The position numbers and the translations under genes were made by a program. Positions 54,019 through 63,955 of a DNA stretch of 64,000 nucleotides are shown one piece after another; within the stretch, counting starts at the first letter, position 1; each line of letters opens with the position of its first letter. The notes under the pieces were generated by a model that was not told where the DNA came from, searched no databases, and saw nothing but the letters and a program-made list of their open reading frames with translations. Where the stretch lies: contig CAVOUE010000006.1 of NCBI GenBank assembly GCA_963699545.1, positions 96,001 through 160,000 on the forward strand. Direction: 5' to 3'. This DNA comes from Nitrospirota bacterium. Lineage in GTDB: Bacteria; Nitrospirota; Thermodesulfovibrionia; Thermodesulfovibrionales; UBA9159.

Positions 54019-55257
54019 TACCTCAACGGCCCTGTCCACAGCGCCTGCTTTTTCGTCGTAGAGCGCCTTCGCCCTCTCCCCCATAGCCCTCCTCTTTGCC
54101 GGGGACCTGAGCAGCTCCTTGATGACCTCATACAACCCCTCAGCATCTGTCTTTATGGCGCCGCTTCCGATGTAGAAGTCCTGGATGAAAGGGAAGTTCT
54201 CCATGTGAGGCCCGCAGACTACGGGCTTCGCCCAGAAGGCAGGCTCAAGGGGGTTATGCCCCCCGACCTTGCAAAAGCTTCCGCCCATGACCGCAACATC
54301 GGACATTCCATAGGAAGAGGCCAGCTCGCCGATGGTGTCAAGGATCACAACCCTGCCCTTTATCGTTCCCCATACAGCATCCGATGCGACGATCTCGGAC
54401 CGTTTCAGACAGGGGAGACCCCGCGCATGTATCATATCCCCGACCTTCCCGAATCGCTCGGGATGCCTCGGTGCGAGGAGGAGATTCATCTCCGGAAAAT
54501 CATTCCTGAGCCTCTCAAAAACAGAGACCATCAGTTCTTCTTCCCCTTCGTGAGTGCTTCCCGCCAGCATAACGGGATGACCCAGTGAGTTCGTCCATTC
54601 AGGGACTTTCTCCGAAGGTCGTGTGTCGAACTTGAAGTTCCCCGTCACCCTGACCTTACTTGCGTCGACTCCCAGCTCCCTTATCCTCTCTTCATAGACA
54701 CGGTCCTGCATGCAGAAGAGATCCACGCATGCCAGCACGTCCCTGATGAAGAACTTGATCCGCCTGTAGCCCCTGAAGGAATCCCCGGAAAGCCTGCCGT
54801 TCAGCACCAGGACCGGGATGCCCGCCTGCTTGAACGTGCGGAAGATATTGGGCCACAGTTCTGTTTCCACAGTAATAAAGAGAGCCGGCCGCACCTTCCT
54901 GAGGACCTTCCTGACGATATACGCGAGGTCGAAGGGGAGATAGACGGTCCGCGCAATGTCTGAGACCCTTTCTCTCGCGACCCTCTGGCCGGTATCCGTT
55001 ACGGTGGAAAGGACAACGGGGACGGAAGGGTATCTCCTCTTCATTGCTTTTATGAACGGCACTGCCGAAATGACCTCCCCCACCGAGACCGCATGGACCC
55101 ATATCGGTGTCGAGCTCGTCGTTCGGAGTTCAGCCTCGATGAAGCCGAGCCTCTCCCTGAGCCACCGGGACCGGAGCTCCTTTGGCCGCTTCAGATACTC
55201 AAAGGGAAGGAGAAAGAACAGGACAACAAGATAGAGGAAACTGTATATGAGATACAT
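53962..55257 (-). CDS. waaA: 3-deoxy-D-manno-octulosonic acid transferase
   Basis: WVHAVSVGE, ETELWPN, GNFKFD, GSTHEGEE, APRHPER, GGHNPLEP. Confidence 0.95.
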   Translation of the reverse strand: MYLIYSFLYLVVLFFLLPFEYLKRPKELRSRWLRERLGFIEAELRTTSSTPIWVHAVSVGEVISAVPFIKAMKRRYPSVPVVLSTVTDTGQRVARERVSDIARTVYLPFDLAYIVRKVLRKVRPALFITVETELWPNIFRTFKQAGIPVLVLNGRLSGDSFRGYRRIKFFIRDVLACVDLFCMQDRVYEERIRELGVDASKVRVTGNFKFDTRPSEKVPEWTNSLGHPVMLAGSTHEGEEELMVSVFERLRNDFPEMNLLLAPRHPERFGKVGDMIHARGLPCLKRSEIVASDAVWGTIKGRVVILDTIGELASSYGMSDVAVMGGSFCKVGGHNPLEPAFWAKPVVCGPHMENFPFIQDFYIGSGAIKTDAEGLYEVIKELLRSPAKRRAMGERAKALYDEKAGAVDRAVEVLKGYLDPQLTLAEEEPLP

Positions 55258-57027
55258 TTAGAGAGGTCGCTCCAAAGAGGCAGTGGATCCCGCTTCGAGC
55301 TGTTCCAGTGCGGCGTCGTCAAACTGCAGACTGTAGAGCTTCCCGTAGATGCCCCCGGAAACGAGGAGTTCCTCATGGGTTCCTGACTCCACGATCCGGC
55401 CCTTGTCCATGACGATAATCCTGCTTGCCCTCCTCACGGTCGAAAGTCTGTGGGCGATCACGAATGCGGTCCTGTCGTTCATCAGGTTCTCAAGAGCCCT
55501 CTGCACCATGATCTCCGATGCAGTGTCCAGGGATGACGTGGCCTCGTCAAGGACGAGGACAGGAGGATTTTTCAGTATGGCCCTGGCTATGGAAATCCTC
55601 TGCTTCTGTCCCCCGGAAAGCCTCACGCCCCTTTCCCCCACCTCGGTATCATAGCCATTGGGCAGCTGGGTAATGAAATCATCGGCATATGCTGCCTTTG
55701 CCGCATTGAGAAGTTCCTCTTCCGAGGCATCGGGCTTGCCGTAAACGATATTCGCCCTCACCGTATCGTTGAAAAGTATCACGTCCTGGCTCACGATGCC
55801 GATGAGGGAACGAAGCGATTTGAGCGTGACCTTCGATGTATCAGTGCCGTCGATGAGGATCCTTCCTTCCACAGGCCGATAGAACTTCGGGAGCAGGTCA
55901 ACAAAGGTGGTCTTGCCCGCACCGCTCCTGCCCACAAGGGCCACGATCTCCCCTTTCTTCACGGTGAGGGAAACACTGTTCACCGCGTCGTCATCCGTCC
56001 CCTCGTACCGAAAAGAGACATTGTCAAAGACAATCTCGTTCCTGAACCCTTCAAGGGGAATGGTGCCGTCCGCCTCCAACGCCTCATTCATGAGCTTGTC
56101 GATCCTGTCCAGGGGCGCGCTGGCCTGATGAAGGGAGTTGTTTGCCGATACGAGCCTCCGGGCCGGCGTGTAGATCAGGAAGATCGCTGCCAGGAAAGAG
56201 AAGAAATCTCCTGCGGTGATGGCTCCGCTAATCACCAGTTTTCCTCCGTACCAGAGGACAAAGGCTATGCCGAACCCTCCCACGATCTCCATCATCAGGG
56301 ATGTGGCCTCGATGATCCTCTGGGACCGCATCACCTCCCGGTAGAAATCGTGGTTCTTGTCGCTGAAGCGCTTCAGCTCGTTCTCCTCCCGGCAGAAGGA
56401 TTTTATGATCTTGTTTCCGGTGAAGGTCTCGGTGAGCATTTGAGTGATCTCTTCGATCTTCTCCTGGGTCCTGCGACTGACGCCCTTGAGCCTCTTCCCA
56501 AGCCTCGAGACGAAATAGAAGGCCACGGGCAGAACGATGAGGGACATCAGAGTAAGGTCCCAGCGCCGGTACATCGCAACAGACACGAGGACAACCACGG
56601 ATCCGCTTTCCACAAAAATGTCCTTTATCGTGTAGGAAAGCAGTCCCTGGACAAACCCGGCGTCATTGATCACCTTGGATACCATGGCGCCAGTGGAGTC
56701 TCTGTGGAGGTAGCTCATGGGAAGATAGAGCATGTGGCGGTAAAGTCCGTTCCTGATGTCCCTCACCACCTTTGCTCCTGCGGACCTCATGAGGTAAGAA
56801 TGGAAGAAGGAGAAGATTCCCCTGCCGAGATAAGCGCCCATCACCCCGAGGCTCAGGAGAAGGAGGGAGGCGGGCTCCTTGCTCACAAAGACCTTGTCCA
56901 CCGCCGGTTTCACAAGCCATGCCAGCGAACCGCTCAGACCCGAGACGATCATGCTGCAGATCCCCGCAACCAGCAGGCGTCCCCAGTAAGGCTTCGAGAG
57001 CAGGACTATGCGTTTAAAGTCTTTCAT
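55258..57027 (-). CDS. msbA: Lipid A export ABC transporter
   Basis: TM domain plus GRSGAGKT, LSGGQKQR, LDEATS; lies between lpxB and waaA. Confidence 0.9.
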   Translation of the reverse strand: MKDFKRIVLLSKPYWGRLLVAGICSMIVSGLSGSLAWLVKPAVDKVFVSKEPASLLLLSLGVMGAYLGRGIFSFFHSYLMRSAGAKVVRDIRNGLYRHMLYLPMSYLHRDSTGAMVSKVINDAGFVQGLLSYTIKDIFVESGSVVVLVSVAMYRRWDLTLMSLIVLPVAFYFVSRLGKRLKGVSRRTQEKIEEITQMLTETFTGNKIIKSFCREENELKRFSDKNHDFYREVMRSQRIIEATSLMMEIVGGFGIAFVLWYGGKLVISGAITAGDFFSFLAAIFLIYTPARRLVSANNSLHQASAPLDRIDKLMNEALEADGTIPLEGFRNEIVFDNVSFRYEGTDDDAVNSVSLTVKKGEIVALVGRSGAGKTTFVDLLPKFYRPVEGRILIDGTDTSKVTLKSLRSLIGIVSQDVILFNDTVRANIVYGKPDASEEELLNAAKAAYADDFITQLPNGYDTEVGERGVRLSGGQKQRISIARAILKNPPVLVLDEATSSLDTASEIMVQRALENLMNDRTAFVIAHRLSTVRRASRIIVMDKGRIVESGTHEELLVSGGIYGKLYSLQFDDAALEQLEAGSTASLERPL

Positions 57028-57039
57028 CTCTGCCCATCA

Positions 57040-58197
57040 TCATGGTTTCCAGCCCGCCAGTTCACCGGCCATCTCCGCAACCCTCCGGGACGGTCTTTTT
57101 CCGGAGAAGACCTCCCGGATCCCTCTGAACGCCGAGACCATGGAGGTCCTGCACGCTTCGTCATACAATATCTTCCCGCATTGTTTTATTATATTCTCCT
57201 TGTTCGCCTCATGCTGGATCAGCTCAGGTATGACCTCTCTCCCGGCGATGATGTTCACAAGAGATATGTATTTCACCTTCAGTATCCTCTTCCCCAGGAA
57301 ATATGTCAACGGTGAGACCTTATATACGACCACCGCAGGAACGCCTACCAGCGCAGCCTGAAGGGTCGCGGTGCCCGACGCTATGACCGCCACGTCCGAG
57401 GAAGCGAGGGCCCTTATGGCATCGCCCTTCATAAGCACCACCCCTTCCCTTTCGAGAGGAGAAAAAAAGTGCCGGAATCTCCCGGTCTCTATGTTCGGCG
57501 CAAGGGGGAGAACGAACCTGCACCCTTTGAACTCCGTCCTCGATCCCCGTACGACGTCAATGAACAAGGGCAGGAGGGTATGCAGTTCATGGGGCCTGCT
57601 TCCCGGCAGGAGCGCGATCACGGGGCTGTCTGTTCCGGCTCTTAAACGCTGACCGTTGAACGACGAGCTTTGAACGTCACGGTTCTCGTTTTCGTAATCT
57701 TCTATTTCCTCCATGGCCGGATGTCCCACAAACTCACAGGGGATGCCGGCGCCGGTATAGATCTCCTCTTCAAAGGGAAGGACCACCGCCACCCTGTCCG
57801 CGATCTCTCCCATGGTCTTCACCCGTCCCCTGCGCCACGCCCAGACCTGGGGGCTTACGTAATACAGCACCTTTATCCCCAGCCTCTTCGCAACCCTTGC
57901 CACTCTGAAGTTGAACTCAGGGTAGTCGATGAGTACCAGGACGTCCGGTGAAAGTTCGGTCAATGCCTGCACCGCACGCTTATATGATCCACGCACCTTT
58001 TTGAGGGAACGCAGTGTCTCTGTCAAGCCCAGGGCGCTCGATATACCGGAGAGAAGCTCAACGCCTGCTTCCTTCATCCTGTCCCCGCCGATACCGACGA
58101 GCCTTGTCCCCGGCCACACAGACCTCAATGCCTTTGCGAGAAGGGAACCGTACAGTTCTCCGGAACTCTCCCCTGCCACGATCATGACGGTCTTCAT
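57040..58197 (-). CDS. lpxB: Lipid-A-disaccharide synthase
   Basis: VAGESSGE, IDYPEFN, YVSPQVWAWR, FVGHP, LPGSR, ASGTATL. Confidence 0.95.
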   Translation of the reverse strand: MKTVMIVAGESSGELYGSLLAKALRSVWPGTRLVGIGGDRMKEAGVELLSGISSALGLTETLRSLKKVRGSYKRAVQALTELSPDVLVLIDYPEFNFRVARVAKRLGIKVLYYVSPQVWAWRRGRVKTMGEIADRVAVVLPFEEEIYTGAGIPCEFVGHPAMEEIEDYENENRDVQSSSFNGQRLRAGTDSPVIALLPGSRPHELHTLLPLFIDVVRGSRTEFKGCRFVLPLAPNIETGRFRHFFSPLEREGVVLMKGDAIRALASSDVAVIASGTATLQAALVGVPAVVVYKVSPLTYFLGKRILKVKYISLVNIIAGREVIPELIQHEANKENIIKQCGKILYDEACRTSMVSAFRGIREVFSGKRPSRRVAEMAGELAGWKP

Positions 58198-58232
58198 CGC
58201 AGGCTTTGTGGTGGGATACCGGGCATGAAGCA

Positions 58233-59328
58233 CTATCCCACGACGCTTCTTATTATCTCTGCGATCCTGCCGATGCTTGATTCCTCAAGCTCCGGATACA
58301 TGGGCAGAGAAAGCACCTCCCGGGACGCCTGTTCGGCCACGGAAAAGTCACCCTCTTTGTGACCGAGGAAGCCGAGTGCCTTCTGGAGGTGAAGGGGTTG
58401 CGGGTAATAGACCACTGAGGAAACGGAATTCTCCTTAAGGGTCTTTTGTATCGTGTCCCGCTCCCCGGACAGGACCGTATACTGGTTATAGACATGACGG
58501 GCGCCCTCTTTTTCAGAAGGACACCTCACTGAGCCGGAGAGAGCGGCACGATAGAGAGAGGCATTCATCCTTCGCGTTCTTGTTGTAGTCATCCAGTCTC
58601 TTCAGCTTCACCAGGAGTATCCCCGCCTGTATCTCATCGAGCCTGCTGTTGAAGCCCACTGATTCGTGGACGTAGGAACCTCTTGAGCCGTGATTCCTGA
58701 GCCTTTTTATCGAATCGGCCAGTTCACCGCTCCTCAGCGTGATCATGCCCCCGTCTCCATAGGCGCCGAGGTTCTTGCTGGGATAGAAGCTGAAACACCC
58801 CGCGTCCCCGAAACTGCCGACCTTCTTCCCCCTGACCGCCGCGCCTATCGCCTGGGCACAGTCTTCGATCACATGCAGATTATGTCTCCTCGCGATTTCC
58901 ATGACCTTCTCCATATCGCAGGGGTGACCAAAAAGGTGGACGGGCAGGATCGCCCTGGTCCTCGGGGTTATCTTCTCCTCGATCTTGCTGCAGTCAATGT
59001 TGAACGTATCCAGTTCGATATCCACAAAGACCGGTCTTGCCCCTGTGTAGACAATGGCCTCGGCTGTTGCAAAAAAGGTGAAGGGCGTAGTGATCACCTC
59101 ATCGCCATCCCCGATGTCAAGGGCCTCGACGGCCAGATGAAGGGCATCCGTCCCTGATGCGACCCCGACGGCATGGGAAACCGCCGTATACTCCGCCATC
59201 TTCCCTTCAAAGTCACGGACCTTCGGTCCGAGAATATACTGCGAACTCTCCAGTATCGTGCTCATCATCAGGAATATCTCTTCCCTGATCTCTGAAAACT
59301 GTTTTCCCAAGTCGACCATAGGTATCAT
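58233..59328 (-). CDS. DegT-family aminotransferase (GnnB/WbpE-like); frameshift near 58570
   Basis: SGTDAL, EDCAQ, SFYPSKNLG, NSRLDEIQA, HVYNQY, SLPMYP. Confidence 0.85.
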
Positions 59329-60239
59329 CCATGCCTCTCCATTACTGAATTTATTTCCATCACGACACTCAACGCGTTCCTTCCCTCAATACCCGAGACC
59401 TTCGGCCGTTCCCTGGTCCCGATGCAGCGGATGAAATCCTTCAACTCCTCCTGAAGAGGTTCACGGTATTCAGGCCTGACGATCTCCGCATCACCCGGCT
59501 CGGCAGGGGAACGCAGCTCCACCGTGGACGTCTGATAATCCAGCTCCATACATACGTTCTTCTGAAATACCTTGAGCATCCTCCGCTTTTCGCCGGCAAT
59601 GCGGCTCGCGGTGAGGGATGCGAGCGCGCCGTTATCGAACTCGATCCATGCCCTGGCCTCATCGATCTTCTCCGTCACGAGGGAAAACCCAAAGGCGCTG
59701 ATCCTCTTCACAGGAGAACGGACAAGACCCAGGATTATGTCGATGTCGTGGATCATGAGATCAAGCGTCACGTCCACGTCAAAACATCTGTTGAGGAAAG
59801 GAGAGACCCTTACCGCCTCCAGAAACCTCGGTTCTTCGATCATGCGCGTCAAAGCGATCAGGCCGGGATTATACCGTTCCAGATGTCCGACCTGAAGGAT
59901 CCGGCCCCTTTTCGCCGCCTCGCTGATGAGCTCGTCCGCCTCGGATACCGTGGTCGTGATCGGTTTTTCGACGAGGACGTCTTTCCCGGCCTTTATACAA
60001 TTCAGGGCAACCTCAAAATGATCCGAGGTCGGAACCACAATGCTCAGGGCATCTACATGACCGAACGTGTCCCGGTAATCACCGAACGCCCTGGAGGCAT
60101 ATTTCCCGGCCACTTCCCTTGCCCGCGTTTGGTCGGTATCCACTACTGCCGCAAGCTCGACGTCCCCCAGTTCAGAGTAGATCCTGGCGTGGTGCTGCCC
60201 AAGATACCCGGCGCCCACAACAGCGACTCTTAGAGCCAT
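59325..60239 (-). CDS. Gfo/Idh/MocA oxidoreductase (GnnA-like)
   Basis: VGAGYLGQHH, VEKP, VGHLERYN, DLMIHDID. Confidence 0.88.
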   Translation of the reverse strand: MALRVAVVGAGYLGQHHARIYSELGDVELAAVVDTDQTRAREVAGKYASRAFGDYRDTFGHVDALSIVVPTSDHFEVALNCIKAGKDVLVEKPITTTVSEADELISEAAKRGRILQVGHLERYNPGLIALTRMIEEPRFLEAVRVSPFLNRCFDVDVTLDLMIHDIDIILGLVRSPVKRISAFGFSLVTEKIDEARAWIEFDNGALASLTASRIAGEKRRMLKVFQKNVCMELDYQTSTVELRSPAEPGDAEIVRPEYREPLQEELKDFIRCIGTRERPKVSGIEGRNALSVVMEINSVMERHG

Positions 60240-60392
60240 ACATTCCTTCCCATGAGATTTATCGGGTATTTTGCACTAATTGTATGCATTTGGGCAAGCA
60301 CTTAGAGAAAAAACAAGGTGTGAGGGGTAAGGAGTGAACATGGTGAGGTCCCAGGCGCAAGGGGTAAAGAATGAGGGTGAAGAGATCAGGCG

Positions 60393-60632
60393 CTACGAGC
60401 TATGAGCTGCTTCGGTCTGCTCCTCTTCTTTCCAGACCGTGATCGCGATCTCCGGGCACATCTGGGCACACAATGCGCAGCCGTTGCACGTTTCAGGGGA
60501 TTCCACTTTTGCGGGGAAGTATCCGCTGGAATTGAATTCGCCGTCCATGACGATGACCCCCTTAGGGCACGCGAGCACGCAGTACCTACACCCCTTGCAC
60601 AGCTCCGTGTCAATGGCTATCTTCCCTCTCAT
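60393..60632 (-). CDS. 2x[4Fe-4S] ferredoxin (KorD/VorC-like)
   Basis: CKGCRYCVLACP, NSSGYFP, CNGCALCAQMCPEIAI. Confidence 0.88.
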   Translation of the reverse strand: MRGKIAIDTELCKGCRYCVLACPKGVIVMDGEFNSSGYFPAKVESPETCNGCALCAQMCPEIAITVWKEEEQTEAAHSS

Positions 60633-62293
60633 ATGAGCCTCTCCTGAGAACGTAATTGCCTCCCCAGAAGTTCCCGCGCGTGCTTGAGGGAAATGTCCGT
60701 CACCTTTCCGCTGAGCATACGTGCGATCTCCTCTTCCCGCTCCTTCGGGGAAAGCTTTGTTAGTTTAACATATACTCCCTCTTTCCTTTCCCTTTTTTCA
60801 ATCATGATGTGATGGTCAGCCATTGCCGCGATCTGGGGAAGATGGGTGATGCAGAGCACCTGGTGCCGCTTCGCAAGGTTCTTGAGCCTCCTGCCCACGC
60901 TCTCGGCCGTTCTCCCACCGATACCGGCGTCCACCTCGTCAAAGATCAGGACAGGGATTCTGTCAACCTCCGCCAGCGTCCCTTTCAGCGCAAGCATGAT
61001 ACGGGAAAGCTCGCCGCCGGATGCGACCCTGCTCAGGGGCTTCGGCGGTTCCGTCGTGTTTGCGGTAAAAAGAAAATCCACGCTGTCCGTTCCAGTGGAG
61101 GACAGGGGAACGGGTTTTACCTCCACCACAAAATCAGCCTTCTCCATGGCCAGCTCTCCCAGGACCGCCTTTACACTGCCGGCGATCTTCTTAGCGACCT
61201 CTTTCCTGTTTGCGGAGAGCCGCGAGGCTCGTTCGTAAAGCATCTTCTCCTTCCCTGAAAGCTCATGCTCGAGTTCCCTCACGCGTTCGTCGGACAGGGT
61301 GAGTTTCTCCATCTCCGTCGCAGCCTCTTCCCTGTGCTTCAGGATCCCTTCTATCCCTTCGCCGTACTTTTTCTCCAGTCTTTTTATGAGATCGAGCCTT
61401 TCCTCTATGCTTTCAAGCCGCTGGGGGTCAGCGTCATACCTGTCCTTATGCTGCCTCAGGGAGACCGCCGCGTCCTCCACCAGGGGCCGGGCCGATTCGA
61501 GGAGGTCGAGCGTCTCTGCGACCCCGTGATCGATCCTTGCTATCTCTTTGAGCATGGCAACAGCCGCAGAAAGCTTTTCCGAGGACGAACCTTCACCGCT
61601 GTAAAGGAGGAGATATGCGTTGTCCGTCAGTTCTTTCAGCCTGGCAAAATTCGCGAGGATCGCCCGCTCTTCGGTCAATGCCTCCTTTTCTCCCGTCTTC
61701 AGGGAAGCGGCGTCGATCTCGTTTATCTGAAACTTCAGCAGATCGATCCGCTGCTCCTTCTCCCTGAGGTTCGACGTAAGCGTGGACAGTTCGTGCCTGA
61801 GGGACTGGACCTTGTGAAACATCCCCTCCAGTTCCGCACGCTCTTCCAGAAGTTTTCCGTACGCGTCGAGCATTGTCCTTTGGTTATCGGAGGAAAGGAG
61901 ACTCTGGTGTTCATGCTGCCCGTGAATATCCACCAGGGATCTTCCGATTTCGAGGAGCGTCTGGACATTCACCATGGTATCGTTGACATAGGCCCTGCTC
62001 TTTCCCCCTGCGGACAGGTTCCTTCTGAGGATGATGCCGTCCTCAGCGGGGATGCCGAGCCGCTCCAGATGCGGGCCTGCGGGAATATCGAAATAGGCCT
62101 CCACCATTGTCTCGCTCTTTCCCGTCCTGATGGCGTCCGTCTGCGCCCTCGCTCCCAGGGTGAGGCCAAGGGCGTCCACGATGATGGATTTGCCCGCTCC
62201 GGTCTCGCCTGTCAGGACATTGAATCCCGGCTCAAAATCCATGGTGAGGGTGTCGATAATAGCAAAATCCCTGATCCGCACCTGCCTCAGCAT
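60629..62293 (-). CDS. recN: DNA repair protein RecN
   Basis: TGETGAGKS, HGQHEHQ, ASGGELSR, FDEVDAGIGG, ITHLPQIA. Confidence 0.96.
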   Translation of the reverse strand: MLRQVRIRDFAIIDTLTMDFEPGFNVLTGETGAGKSIIVDALGLTLGARAQTDAIRTGKSETMVEAYFDIPAGPHLERLGIPAEDGIILRRNLSAGGKSRAYVNDTMVNVQTLLEIGRSLVDIHGQHEHQSLLSSDNQRTMLDAYGKLLEERAELEGMFHKVQSLRHELSTLTSNLREKEQRIDLLKFQINEIDAASLKTGEKEALTEERAILANFARLKELTDNAYLLLYSGEGSSSEKLSAAVAMLKEIARIDHGVAETLDLLESARPLVEDAAVSLRQHKDRYDADPQRLESIEERLDLIKRLEKKYGEGIEGILKHREEAATEMEKLTLSDERVRELEHELSGKEKMLYERASRLSANRKEVAKKIAGSVKAVLGELAMEKADFVVEVKPVPLSSTGTDSVDFLFTANTTEPPKPLSRVASGGELSRIMLALKGTLAEVDRIPVLIFDEVDAGIGGRTAESVGRRLKNLAKRHQVLCITHLPQIAAMADHHIMIEKRERKEGVYVKLTKLSPKEREEEIARMLSGKVTDISLKHARELLGRQLRSQERLI

Positions 62294-62432
62294 GCTACAA
62301 AAATACCACACAGGAACGGGTAAATTCCAACCCCTGGACTTTAAATCATGGCCCGGAGTGGAAAATCGGAGAGCACATTCCGCAAAGCTGCATCTGGCAC
62401 GATTTTTTCTTTAAGCATCCCAAATTTTGGGC

Positions 62433-62461
62433 TTGACAAAAGAGTTTCTTCTTGATACCTT
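62433..62461 (+). promoter_or_regulatory. Putative sigma70 promoter of hup
   Basis: TTGACA-17-TACCTT upstream of the HU gene. Confidence 0.5.
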
Positions 62462-62510
62462 TATCTCAATACGGGCTTATCAAGCATTACCAAAGAAAGG
62501 GGGGACATAG

Positions 62511-62783
62511 ATGACGAAGGCGGAGCTTATTGACAAAATAGCTTCTGGCGCCGGGCTCAGCAAGGCGGATGCTTCCAAGGCACTTGATTCCACGCTGAAT
62601 GCTGTTAAGGCGTCATTGAAGAAGGGGCAGAAGGTGACACTGGTGGGATTTGGAACCTTCGCAGTTGTGAAGAGGAAGGCTCGAAAGGGGCGGAACCCGA
62701 GGACAGGCGCGGTGATAACCATTCCCGCTGCCAAGACTCCGAAGTTCACATCCGGCAAGGCACTCAAGGACGCAGTAAGATAA
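62511..62783 (+). CDS. hup: DNA-binding protein HU
   Basis: [27 protein letters not shown]. Confidence 0.96.
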   Translation: MTKAELIDKIASGAGLSKADASKALDSTLNAVKASLKKGQKVTLVGFGTFAVVKRKARKGRNPRTGAVITIPAAKTPKFTSGKALKDAVR

Positions 62784-62804
62784 TTCTTATTTTTTCCTCA
62801 ATGC

Positions 62805-62852
62805 AAGAATAAAAAAAGGGACAGGAAACTGTCCTTTTTTTTATTCTTTTTT
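62805..62852 (+). terminator. Intrinsic terminator (likely bidirectional)
   Basis: AAGAATAAAAAAAGGGACAG-GAAA-CTGTCCTTTTTTTTATTCTT. Confidence 0.88.
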
Positions 62853-62928
62853 TCTGCTATCCTGTGCTTATAGGGTTCTTTAGCCTTTGCAAAACGTCGT
62901 ATCCACAGAAGGGGAAAGGAGGGTTTCC

Positions 62929-63234
62929 ATGCTTGCGGTATTCAGTATCGTCCCGATCGGGGCCGGCAGCAGCATAGGCGATCAGCTGGCCAAAGTCCTC
63001 ACGCTCGTCGATGCCAGCGGACTGCCCTATAAGATCAATCCCATGGGCACGGTGGTCGAGGGGGAGTGGAATGAAGTGATGAGCCTCATCAGGAAATGCC
63101 ACAAGACCGTCATGAAAACGGAGGCACGGACAATGACCACCATTGCCATTGACGACAGAAAGGGGAGGCCCAACAGAATCGAGGAAAAGGTAAGGTCCAT
63201 CGAGAGGAGGATCGGGAAGTCACTGAAGAAATGA
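62929..63234 (+). CDS. MTH1187/YkoF family thiamine-binding protein
   Basis: AGGAGG RBS; FSIVPIG, SGLPY, PMGTVVEG, IDDR. Confidence 0.88.
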   Translation: MLAVFSIVPIGAGSSIGDQLAKVLTLVDASGLPYKINPMGTVVEGEWNEVMSLIRKCHKTVMKTEARTMTTIAIDDRKGRPNRIEEKVRSIERRIGKSLKK

Positions 63235-63252
63235 GAGCCTTTTGTTGAAGAC

Positions 63253-63540
63253 TCACTTCTTGAAGAGGTCGTTCAGCCTTTTCAGGGCATCCGCCTTTTC
63301 TTGTGCAGAGCCTGAGACCGGCCGCCTTTCACTGAAGACAAAGTAGTCGCAGAAGTTCGCCTTGTCCCTGGACCGCTGGAACTCTGCCTTTGGCTCGAGA
63401 CATTTATTATGGGCTGTTTCGGAGTAGAACCTGCAGTTCAGGCAGATGTGGAGGTCTCCCCGGCAATGGGGGCAGACGGCCTTCCTCGAAAAATATTTGT
63501 CGATATCCAGTTCCTTGTTGCATAATGCGCACTTCTTCAC
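63253..63540 (-). CDS. Cys-rich hypothetical (putative Zn-binding) protein
   Basis: CALC, CPHC, CLNCRFY, ANFCDYF; GGAGG RBS with GTG start. Confidence 0.75.
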   Translation of the reverse strand: MKKCALCNKELDIDKYFSRKAVCPHCRGDLHICLNCRFYSETAHNKCLEPKAEFQRSRDKANFCDYFVFSERRPVSGSAQEKADALKRLNDLFKK

Positions 63541-63722
63541 GACAACCTCCCTGTTAAGCCGGGGTCCGCAATTCTTTCACCCGAACCCTCGTGCCCTTGA
63601 CCCTTTTATTACTTTACCATATTGCAGGTTCGTGGAAATGGAGCGTGCACGGATCGTCCGGCTCCAGGGATATTGAGCTTTCATGGGGAAAGAAGGTAAA
63701 CTATCTCACTTCATATTTCGAT

Positions 63723-63797
63723 GCCGGCGTAGCTCAGTGGTAGAGCAGCTGATTCGTAATCAGCAGGTCGGTGGTTCAATCCCACTCGCCGGCTCCA
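63723..63797 (+). tRNA. tRNA-Thr(CGT)
   Basis: Anticodon arm GCTGA-TTCGTAA-TCAGC, GGTTCAATCC, CCA end. Confidence 0.97.
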
Positions 63798-63955
63798 GTT
63801 TCTTCCTTTCGTCCTCCCTTGACACCTCAACTCACTCGAAGCCCTGTTCTGACTGTTTCTTGTCATGCGGACCCTACTAGCGTCGAATTGCACTTCTTGA
63901 CACTCCGATATGCATATGTTAATATGCCTTAAGTATATGCATTAAGGAGGCATCA

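Noticed and set aside
62395-62410. Sigma54 promoter upstream of hup (TGGCAC)
   Set aside because: The -12 TTGC is absent (TTTCT), and a sigma70 promoter fits better.
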